Assembly: GCF_000150275.1 (NCBI RefSeq)
Contig: NW_002060945.1
Location: 8,076,011-8,140,010, forward strand
Direction of reading: 5' to 3'
Origin: Trichoplax adhaerens
Taxonomy: Eukaryota > Animalia > Placozoa
Length of the DNA: 64,000 bases
Shown here: positions 1-11,438 of the stretch, piece by piece
Numbering within the stretch: position 1 is the first letter of the stretch
How the letters are laid out: every line of letters begins with the position of its first letter
Translations under genes and position numbers: made by a program
Notes under the pieces: generated by a model
What the model was told of the DNA's origin: nothing
Database searches by the model: none
Seen by the model: only the letters and a program-made list of their open reading frames with translations

Positions 1-1764
1 TGTGCGGTTACATTTTTACAAGATAACATGTACTAATGTACAAATATATAGTAAGGTCACCACATTCGAAATTTATTACAATTACTGCCCATATATATAT
101 ATTACAAATGACAAATGAATAACTAAAATTTGCATGACAGGCAGTCAATTTACATGGAACTTAAACACTAATGCACGCACGCCATGTAGCATGGTCTAGT
201 AAACATACAATACATATACGTATATATATCAAGATAGTGTAAGTTTTACATTTAGTGAACGAGATTCATGTAATCTTGTGTTGATTTGTACAAATGTTAA
301 ACGCAAAAAGTTAACGGACGATTAAACAGCTATGTAAAGGTGATTACAAAAGTTTTTAGAACAAAAAGCAAACATTATCCAAATATTTATATGGGGAAAC
401 GATCGAATAAGTTGAAATCACTGAGGTTCAGTTGAACAAATCTGAAATGATAGCCGTTGTATTTACAGAAATTGGTATCATAATTTTATACAGTATTTGC
501 GAATATCCTAAATAATATAATCGCAATGTACGAAACATGCAAATACTGGATCCCTTGATTTGTATTCCATTTGCATATCGCTATATCGTCTATACTGGCA
601 TATGCATAATTCCGAAAATACAGTATACATTTTATATGAATACACATATTCCTTGTTATAGTTAACTAAATATAGGAGAATACTGCCGCACAAGTAATAC
701 TTTTTCACTATTTACAGGTCTTAATCGTGGCAAGGTCTACGCAATTCGATATCATATTCAGTTTTACGTATTCCGTATTAAATGCAAGAAAAGATTTATA
801 AAACGAACATTTAATAACTTACCTTATGGTAAATAATATGCTATATACAATAACTCAAGTAAAATCAACACAACATAACGAATTATCTTCAATACAGTTA
901 TCTTCTTGCCTATCTTTCACCTGAATTGCAACAATTTCTAGTACAGTTTCTATAATGCAGTAATATGCTATGGACTTTCACGCTTTACATCGAGAAACTT
1001 TAAACGTGTACAGAGACATTCAAAGAAGGCATTATTATACACACACGTCATTCATCAACATTAATGTCGAATGGAAATCATATAAAATTACAGATCTCAT
1101 GTGCCACATGATATTCAGGGGCATAATTTTCGACCATTTGCAAGTCCAGTTACGCTAGAAATCGAATACTGTACTGTATGTACTTTTATGCATCATATCT
1201 CTAATCTGGATACTTTTCTGACAGGATGACATAATGAAAGATCAAACTATACGTAAGAAACCCTTCACCATGCGCAACGTTGGAAACAATTGTTTGCAAG
1301 ACAATTTCTATACCCCGAAATTCATTACTGAGGAAGGAATTAAGACTTTGATCTTGGCACTTTATATAAAAAGAATGCCCATAAATTGTCGTGTTTCTCA
1401 GTAAAAGTTACATATATTTGCAACAATGAAGAGCACTAACGTGCGCAAATATTTCGTATCATTGGTGAAGTGTTATACTGTACACTTTGAGATTAATTCT
1501 ATTTAGCTATATATATTTATATTAACAGGTACTGCATACAAAACAGATTTCGGCGATAACAAAAAGTCTTGATACAACCAATAATACATTGAAATATATA
1601 TTTTACATCAGTCTGGTGGTATTTCTTATAATTTTTCTAGTATCTCAGAGTATACGATGTCGACATTGCCTTATCATCCCCCAATTGATAAAATCTTACA
1701 GACATGTAAGTGAACATGTAACGGAATAGGAAACCACATCAAGAAAATATCATTCATTTAGCAA

Positions 1765-4700
1765 TCAAAATTGACTGCCAGCTGAGCTCAAGTTGCTTCC
1801 GTAAGAAGAACTATGGCGAATGGTAGGACGTACTTGTTTATCCTAAATAGTGAAATGACATTAAATATATTTCAATTTTGAGCTGAAGCTACTACAAAAG
1901 CCATTTTCTCTTCATGAATATTACACATACCGTACCATGTGGTGGAGGAGATTTAGGAACAGTAATACCTGAAGAAGGTATACCTCCTGGATTAGCTGGC
2001 TTCACTTGCGATCCAGCAATTGACTGGTTGCTACCTCTTGCTGAGTGCACTGTGAATTGTCTGCCACTTTCTAATGACGAATTATTCGTTGCTACAACTG
2101 ATTTGTTACCTGATTGGGCCTCTAATCTTTCTTCCTTTCGTTTCTGTCTTTTTAAGTTTTTATACCATAATTCGTGGCAATCCTGACTTGGAAAACTAAT
2201 AATAGAGGAAGATAACAAATTATTGCGATACCATTAAAGTAAAATTACAACTATACGTTCAATATAGACTTTCGTTATTAACTTACTTTGGTAAATTTTG
2301 AGGGGTTGATGGAGCATCACGAATAAAGGGATGCTGTAATGATTGTTCAGCGTTGTATCTCATTGAAGGATCAAGTATGAGCATGTATTGCATTAAATCG
2401 ACAGCTAACTCGGGCAAGCTGCAAGAATACATTGGCAAGATATTCGAAAGGAATCGAGCATGAGTATAGAATATGATAGCCGGTGATAATAAACATCTAA
2501 GCAAAGCATACTCATGAAATTCTTGTTCTAATCGTCTTTCATATTTTCGTAATTTAAAGTTGTTATAGTAAGGAAGTTCAACTACAGAGGGCCAGTTTTC
2601 TGGACATGGCGTACCACATATTTGGCTATTTGGTACAATCATGGTAAAGTAATATCACAATTAGATGTTGTCAATACGGATCAATATGTCATTGAACGAT
2701 CACCTACCTAATTAAATCTAACTGATTAATTTCCGAATTTGCTTGAAATATTGGCTTTTTCGTAAAGAATTCACCCAAAATGCACCTTTTTGATCAAAAG
2801 AGTTGTATTTTTTTACCAAATTACCGTAAGTATTTATTAATGTTGCCTAACAGCATACATACCCGCAACTCCAAACATCAACGGAAGGTCCATAACGTTC
2901 TTCTCCAAGTAATAATTCTGGTGGACGATACCATAACGTTATAACTTTATTTGTATACGGGCGACTATCGATGTGACAAAAAATAATGATACATAAAATG
3001 AGATCTTCTTCAACGAAGCTTATTTAGGAATGTAGCATCAATAAGATCATTACCTTTTATCGTCCGGATTGTAGAATCTTGCCAGACCAAAATCAGCAAT
3101 TTTAATTTGACCCCTTTGGGAATAAAAGCGGCCTTGATTAGTTTTATTGCCTACTTTAGGTGGAAAAGCTGTAACAGTACTGCCCAAAAAAGTTCTTACT
3201 TATTATTCATTAGTAAATTGGAACATTTGATATCTCGATGCAATAGCTGGCGCTTATGACAATAATTTAAGCCTTCCATGATTTGCCTCATAAACGATCT
3301 TATATGCTCCTCATCAAAAGTGACCAGACCAGATTCTAACAGGCCCATTAGGTCATGATCCATATATTCAAATACTAGATAGAAAGCACCTATAGAGAGT
3401 ACAATAGGTGGGTTCTACGTCAATGAACTAGAGCTATTGACTATCGCATATTATTCAGTATAATTCAATCTTACATCGATCAGTTTTAAAATTATTAGCG
3501 TCAACGTTTGAGACTATCCCTAACAGGTTCACGATACTTTGATGATTCAGTTGTTTAAGTATTTTGATTTCACGGACTGCAGTAATGGGAAATCCTTCTC
3601 TTTCATGATCCGTGCGGACTTTTTTCAAGGCAACTAGCTTATCTGGTAGTAAAAAAAAGAAAGCATGAGGTTGTATTAGGATTATTCTTTTCAAGATAGA
3701 CACTTGTAGGATAAAACAGGATTGATATTACTGCTACAATATCGAGTGAGTGATTTTATGATCTTTGTATCAGTTGTCTATTTCATAAGCAACGCTATCT
3801 TACGCTACAACGTGGTCAAACAAGTTACCAGTATCTTTAATTTTAGCTTTGAAAACTTGACCATAAGTTCCTTCACCAATTTGCTTCAGAATATCAAATA
3901 ATTCATAACAACCGCGGCCTTTAAATTCAAAGTCGTAGGGTGGGGGTGAGAGATCGTCACTGATAGAAGATAACGGTTCTACAGGAAGTGGTACAATGCT
4001 TAATCGATCTTTCTTGACCGTTTTACTTGCTTCATTTGGAGATGGAGGTAAAGGTGGCGGGATATCAGGTAATGGAGGTGGTTCCTCTTCGGGTGGTGGA
4101 GGTGGTGGTGGTGGTGGTAGCGGCGGTGGTGGAGCAACGCTAGTCAATGCACTTGTAGAAGGTATTTTAGGCGTTGCTATGCTATTGGTCGATGGTATAG
4201 GCAGTTTGGTGGTAGAAGGAAGCGGTTGCTCTGGTGATTTCAATTTTCGGCTTGGCTTATCATGGCTGATGGGAGATGCTTTCCTATGTTGAAGCTTTCT
4301 TGAAGAAGATTCGCTCTTATTACTGCCTTTGATATAGCGACCATCTGCATCACTTGGGGGACTACGGTCAACATCGCTATCACTACCATAATCGTATGAA
4401 TAATGACCACCTCGATCACTGGTACGCTTACTACTTGAAGAGGTTGCTGCTCCACGTCGATCATAAGACGATGTCCGATAATTAGTAGGAGAAGCTCGAT
4501 AATTGGGTGGACTTCTATAGCTTGGTGAAGGGCTTCTACGATTTCGATAGCTTGAATAGCGCCGACTACTTCTACTACTGCTACTATAATAAGGAGAACG
4601 TGAACGACTGCGTCGTCTTCTTGACGTAGAATTCCTATACCTAGAAGAATGATAGGATCGATCGTGGCTATGCTCTCGACGTCGACTCCTATAAGGTGAT

Positions 4701-4951
4701 CGTGATCGATCCCTTGGTGAATAAGCTCTTCTACTTCGACGTGGCGAAGAATAATAATCTGAACTATGAGAGCGACGGTAGTCTCGCTTGCCTCGATTAG
4801 AATCGGAAGTACTGCTATCAGTGCATTCACCTGATGAAATATCTTCGTAATAAGGATCATTTAACATGTCTTTATCAGCTTCATCGTTGCGTTTTTTCCT
4901 CTTTCTTTCATCATTTCGTTTCTCACTGGAATCCTCCGACGGTTGGCCCAT
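1765..4951 (-). CDS. CDK12: Cyclin-dependent kinase 12/13 (CTD kinase), multi-exon
   Basis: The N-terminus has an RS-rich region and a poly-Pro tract. The kinase motifs run across GT-AG exons: [68 protein letters not shown]. The last exon, 1842-1765, ends SAGSQF*. The start is taken at MGQPSED (4951); an in-frame ATG at 5023 is an alternative. Confidence 0.93.
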
Positions 4952-5129
4952 TCTACCTTCTTGAAGGATAAAATGGAGAATGAGGATGCTGAAAATGTTC
5001 AATTTTTCACTGTTAGAGCGCATGCGTAGTTTAGTTCAGCACGCAAGGCCTCATAGCTCAACCAGAGCTGTCCTGGACTCTATTGTGTCTGTGTCTGGCC
5101 AGTAAGGTTTGGTAGAAAATGCTATGGCG

Positions 5130-5660
5130 TACAGTCCTGTATGGCACATTCTATAGTCTATACTATGCAAAATCATTGCAGGACTCTTTTAACAGCAAAA
5201 CCCCCTCGAGTACGGTTCGGTACGGTTCGGTACGGTACGTAGCTTTGACTTGCTCGTACTGCACACGTGCAGACAACGAGGTATACAGTACTGTACATTA
5301 AAATATCAATCTCCAAATCTTTCCAATTTTGGCTCGTGAACATCGAGATTTCTTGTATCTCTATGGGCTCTTTACTATTTTAGGATACATATCATGCTTA
5401 TTATTCCATGTATGTTACTTTAAAGCCAGGCATACACCAAAATTGCAAGTTTAATAGCAAGCAACTTTGCAAAATGATGTTTTGACCCAGTTGCGCTGGC
5501 AAGGGGGCAGTCAGCAAACAACCGCTACACTAGAGACCACACCATACACTACTGTACACTAGAGTTGATACGGCTGCATCATACAGTATAGTGCCATACT
5601 GTACTCTACAGTATGCTTGGTATGGATTGTACAGTACAGTGTACAGTACTGTGCACTGTA
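5130..5660. promoter_or_regulatory. Bidirectional promoter CDK12/YAE1 with TACAG/TACGG/CTGTA arrays
   Basis: Lies between divergent start codons (4951 and 5940). Arrays include tacggttcggtacggttcggtacggtacg (5211-5239), tatacagtactgtaca (~5282-5297) and tgtacagtacagtgtacagtactgtgcactgta (~5628-5660). Confidence 0.65.
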
Positions 5661-5939
5661 AGCAAGGGCAACACACAAAGATCTCGACTGCCCAAACATG
5701 GAATCGAGAAATGTCGATCAAAACTGCTACAATTAGCTGTTGATGTAACTTCAAAATTTGATGTAAGAATTCAGCTAATTGCCATCGATTACAAAGAGAA
5801 CACTATCCTCATTCGGCTGGAGAGAAAGTTAACTGCTATCATCACGAATTCGTTCGTTTTCCACCCTATTTGCGGCCCTTTTATCATCATTATCGAGGAA
5901 TGATACCTGCAGGTGTAAGCAATCACCTTCGTCGATGAG

Positions 5940-7313
5940 ATGGCTGAATCTTTGGAAGGCTCTCCTGCTGACGATGAGCTGCAAGTAGCAAACCGTGATT
6001 ATGAGAAACTACTAACTGCATATGAAAATGTAAGTATAGACAGTACACAATCGAATTCAATGATAATGTGCATACGGTGTGCTTTATTCGTAGTCTCCGA
6101 TTGGCACATTATTATTTCTGGCTATAGAATTATAGTTGGATTCGAGAAATCCGTAGTCTACTTGTCAGATGGATCAATATAGCTGCCAATGTTGATAGTG
6201 CTAGAGTATCGATCTTATTTCTAATGCAGTACGTATCAGCCGATAAATTATTCTTTTGCAATACTAAATAATCAGCAATAAGATACTGTCCTTTCAAGTC
6301 ATTGCATCCATGGTCTTCATAAAAATAAAAAATGATATTTCAATACTTGGATTTATAACTACTGTGCTATATATACTGCCACGATTTCATCAGGTAGGAT
6401 ACAGTGATGGTGTTGTCGCCGGTGAAGATAGTGCTTTACAGCATGGATTTAACCAGGGATTTGTCCAGGGATTTCGTCAAATGATGAAAATTACCAGAAT
6501 AAAAGGCATGATAAGGTAGATGTTACCTGCTTAAAAGGATATGCACAGGAAATACACATACAATACATAATTTAGTGAGCCATTGTCAACGATTAATTTT
6601 GATACCATTTGAAATACTACTGTACCGTTTCTTTCATATTAATTGCTGTATGTAGTTCTTGTAGTAAAAATTAAATTTTTTTAGCATCTCAGTGGTCTTG
6701 TATACAATTTATAGCTAGGCATAATAAGAAACCGTAGTGTTTCTTGCTATACTCACAGCAAACATTAATCAAAAGATTAAAAATGGATTCTTGGATCATT
6801 TTTATTAGTGCCTTGCAAGCTTACCAACAAAACGATGACGTTGGAATTAGACGTTCACCTGCCGGCATTTCGAACATGGAAATATTACTTACTCGAATAA
6901 CTGAACTAGAAACTACCACTATTCAAAATATTCAAAATATACCTAATGAATCCCGTCTTAAAGACAGTGGTAAAGATAATGAAAACACAAAAAGTAGCAG
7001 CAGCAACCAACTTGATAAATGCAATAAAACAAGTTGCTGTCGTGAATCCAATACGACAGCAGTAGATGATGATAATGATAACAATGATCGGAAAACCCAA
7101 TATAGTTGTGGGAAAGAAAGTGGTTATGTTTGTAACAACGATGAGAAGGCAATTACGAAGAAGTGTGATAATTTGGCAGATGAAAGTGTAGAAAATAATT
7201 TGTCCAATTTAAATGAGGTATTAACGACTATAGTCGGTGAATTAAAACAAGTGCTACAAGATTATGATATAAAAATATATAGCGCAATGGCGCAATTTCT
7301 AGATGTATCATAA
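5940..7313 (+). CDS. YAE1: YAE1 homolog (Yae1_N domain; ABCE1/Rli1 Fe-S maturation adaptor), 3 coding exons
   Basis: Exons are ~5940-6029, 6394-6515 and 6809-7313. The GX3-repeat motif VGYSDGVVAGEDSALQHGFNQGFVQGF is typical of Yae1_N. Confidence 0.8.
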
Positions 7314-7572
7314 ATACGTTATACACAATATCTTGTAAAGCATTTTATGGCTGAGTATTTCATGTTGAAATTGCATATGGGCGTATTATGCAGATTTTTT
7401 ATTAAATTATAGATAAAATAATTACGGTACATTCAATTTTACAACGAAATTTGTTGTTGATCATTTTCTTCTTTAAAGAATACATTTGTCTTGTAACGTT
7501 TTTGCAAATTTGGTGATGACTTTATATCATATTCAGCTGACAATATAAACAAAAACAAACCTGCGCTGAATT

Positions 7573-10341
7573 TTAACTTGTGTTTGGTATTTGAAATGCT
7601 GGAAATGCTGCATTGCTGATATTGAGCATGTCAGTTAAAAAGTAGATGGTTCCTGACAATCCTGTATATTTAAATCAATTTTTATTATCGAACGATATCT
7701 TCGTAAATAAAAAATCGTATTAATTAGCTATATTTGACAGATCTTTCAATTTTGTAGTGGAATGAGTAGTTACCTTCCATTAAAGATATTGGCCTATCAG
7801 CGGTTCTAGCGTGTCCACTTGACGAATCCATGCACCATTCAGCAAACTAAAGCATAGATAGAACTTCTTGTAAACTGCAATGGCAAAGTACGTACTGAGC
7901 GAGTATTCATTATATATTTTTAGCATCGTCTCCGATCTTACCTTGCAAGCCATGTATAAATAAGTTGGATCTGTCGTTGTCTTGTATATACACAAAAATG
8001 CGTATCCATTACCAGCCACTCCGTGGCATAAACCATATCCTTTGTAAAGTAATCCTCGTTGCCAGATAGCCCTAGCACAAGTTTTGGCCGCATCTAGATA
8101 TTTAATTTCGTTAAATACCTGTTGATAATAGACCAGCACATTTCTAGGTTAAAGCTTCTATGTTTAACACTTAATAACAACGAATCCACATTAAATGGTA
8201 CAGTCTTGATTGCAGCACCTTGTGTGCTTCACAAAGAAGGTAAACTATACCAGGCGCACCATGACACCAATGAACTAGGCGATCACGGCTATTACCGAGT
8301 GATGACGGAAAATTCCCTTCACGAAATTGTATGCTAAGGATAAAATCGATTCCACCTTTGATTACTGATAAATTTTCTTGTACAGCAGCGGATTTACTTT
8401 TGTCCTATAAAATTTGGGTCAAGTTGATATTACATATTTTATCAAGAGTTTTGCTACGTGATATTCGAAAATGCACTTGCAATGAATCTTCATTTATTTT
8501 TCTACCTTTAACAATAAGTATAGTATACCCGCGAGTCCATGAGCTGCACCAATATACTCTTTATCATGCCATTTATACATTAACGTTGAATGACAGCTAT
8601 TCACCTGAGCATAGTTCATGCCACTATTTATTACAATCTTGATCACCTATAATGCAGCCGTCGTCAACAGTAAATAATTAAAATGATAGCAGCAATGATG
8701 GATCGATAGCGTGAATGTTGACAAGAAGAGTTCATTAATACATAGTATATTTGATGCAAGAGAACCTCGTCAATAATCTGTTGTTCTTCACAGCTGAGGT
8801 GGTATTCAATAAATTTCATAGCATACACATATCCAATTCTTCCCGTCAATAACTCATCTGGTAAAGATTCATTTTGACATAAATTTGATAATCTTCGAAG
8901 TTGCTTCAGACATTCTGCCTTGCGATTTTTATCTCCCATACGATCGTAAATTACGCAAGCGATGGCTAGCAAACCGGCAACCCCAGACATAAAGCTGACT
9001 TGGTTTTTATCTTTTAAATGTTTAAAGGAAACTTGCAGCAAGTTTTCTGCTTTGCGTAAGTAATTCTGACTATAGCCATCTTGCATCATCTTTGATAATT
9101 GTAAATATGTTAATGCAATACCTAGATGAAATCATATTAGTTATCGTTATTTATTAATTTCAGATATTTAATGGCTTTTTGAAAGCGTAAAGAATATTAT
9201 CGATTTATTCAGTTTTTATTTGCAGATCCCTACGATAATGAATACGTGTACTATGTATCAGATTACTTTTGCAAAAGTATAAAGTAGATGATTTGGCTAC
9301 AGATCACATGAGTACATAATCTATAGATCGAATATCATTGTACAATTTGCTTGTACATACTCCTATACCAGTAAATTAGAGCACAATACTATCACCAGTT
9401 ATTAGGCTTAAAAATATCTACAGACTCTAAAATCTTTATAGCAGGTTTATAGTTGTATTGATGCTCTTCATCAGTACGTTGATTCATGTAATTTTCTTTA
9501 CAAAAACTGATGTATGCTACTGCTGAAATTGCACAAAATTCACGCTGATTTGTACAAATATTCTTAGTTTATGCAGTAATATAATGGACAACACATCGCA
9601 TGGAGTTTCACAATTTTTACCTCCGGATCCACCATAGACTGATCCGCTCAGGCGATGATGTTGCAAGCTGAGACCATCCTCCAACTTCCTGAGGTATGCG
9701 TAAATACTTTCCATTAACTTCTTCTTCCACTGATTGGTGCACTATAGTAGTAATTGGTAGAAAACGTTATGATACATTTTATAGTGTTTTATTTCATATA
9801 TGATAGTTTTCATTGCAGCAGCAGGAGAACCGAATGTATCCTCATTCGTTTATATCATGCTGTCTACTCAAACTTGGACGTCATAAGTATTTTTATGTCG
9901 TAGTATCCCATGCGGGTACATTAATTAGCCTCAGTCATTTTAAATAATGACTAGAGCTAACATGCATGTTTATCACTACTCTGCTACTTTATCTCGAAAC
10001 AATTTAGCATCCAAGAGAATGGTCAAGGTAAAATTATTGATGAAATTGTATCTAGAATTCGTGATTATGCTGACTACGATAACTTTCAAGTACAGTACTA
10101 TGCAATTATAGTAGTAAAGCTAATGCCTTTTTAACGTATAAGCTGAAAAGATCAATATTAGAATACGATAATGGATACGTATGATCATCAAGAAGAGAGA
10201 TTTGAAAAAGAGTAATAGCTGTTGGATAAAATGGCTCTATTGATAGCTATTTCTTACATTTCCCAGTTGATCATAAAATTCTTTTTCCATACCCGGTACA
10301 TAACTATCAAAATCGTTTTTAAAGTGTCTTCCATCATCCAT
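7573..10341 (-). CDS. LANCL: LanC-like protein (LanCL family), paralogue A, 8 coding exons
   Basis: Starts MDDGRHFKNDF. Motifs: SVYGGSGG, SFMSGVAG, LPDELLTGRIGY, YIGAAHGLAG, LVHWCHGAPG, GLLYKGYGLCHGVAGN, DRPISLMEGLSG, FPAFQ. The Zn ligands (Cys of WCHG, Cys and His of CHG) are intact. Confidence 0.93.
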
Positions 10342-11438
10342 TTTAAGTTTGTTATTATTTCCCTATTAATAATTAATATAGGGAACGTCTTAGGAGCGTA
10401 GTCTGTGCTAGTTGTCCAATTCAAGTGATGGATTATTATTGATATTACAGTGGTGGGACTGACCGTCTGGACTGCCTTTGTACCCTTTTCAATATACTGT
10501 AGTCTTGTACAGTAATTTAGTAACTGGACTCATTCAAAGATGGAAATCATCAATCAGTCATAAATTATGCATGAGCTATTAATTAAGCTAGTATAATGCA
10601 ATACACACAACGCGTATTAACTTAATATTATATCATGCTAGATAGGATCTCATCAATTGACATTGTACATTCAAAAATACAATTAAAATTTCAATCCAGT
10701 AAACGTCAGTGGATGAAAAATAGCGTTGATTTATTGAGAGTCCAATGGAACGGAGAAGAAGAACCAACAGCAAGACCTCACTATTCGTATAGACAACTGA
10801 TATTGTGTATTACTATCTACAGTTAATACTAACAAGCATATTGAAGGCTCGTACTATTCTCAATCAGCATGGAAAACAAGAAATTGTACACGCAGTTGAT
10901 GTTATTATAAAATTTAACTACTAACTCCTATTCTCACTTTATTGTATTGAAAAGCGGCGGCTTAGATACGTCCGCCATTCACGTTTACAACGCATTATAA
11001 TTACAAGTTATGACGTTCTAATTAGTAACGTCAACAGCGATTTAAGTTAATCAATCTTGCTCATGTTGCAATATTGTCTTGTATCATTATACTTCAACAT
11101 GCATTATGAGAGGGAAAAGAACATCTGTATTCTTTTGCATGGAGATTTGAAAGGCAAACCACAATGCACTACAATATTATTATTATTACACCGTAGAGGA
11201 TAATGCTGCTCACAGAGCAGAGTGGATTCCATTTCTACAGTACGACTAAATACGGGAAATGCGATGGCCATTCATTCATGAAATCATTATAATTATTGAT
11301 TGCACAAGTGTACCTGGACAATGTTGCTACTTGAAGTATTATTTATTTATATCTATGCTGGTAAATAGCCTTGTTCAGATAAAGTAAGTTTTTTTTTTGA
11401 ACTTCCCAACGTACAAGATTCAATACAAGTGAAACTCA

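Noticed and set aside
3996-4860. Gly-rich 98-aa (+) and hydrophobic 206-aa (-) ORFs
   Set aside because: They are antisense and alternate-frame shadows of the CDK12 poly-Pro and RS regions.
10635-10826. 63-aa ORF between the LanCL genes as a precursor peptide
   Set aside because: It has a single Cys, no leader/core or signal pattern, and a length expected by chance.
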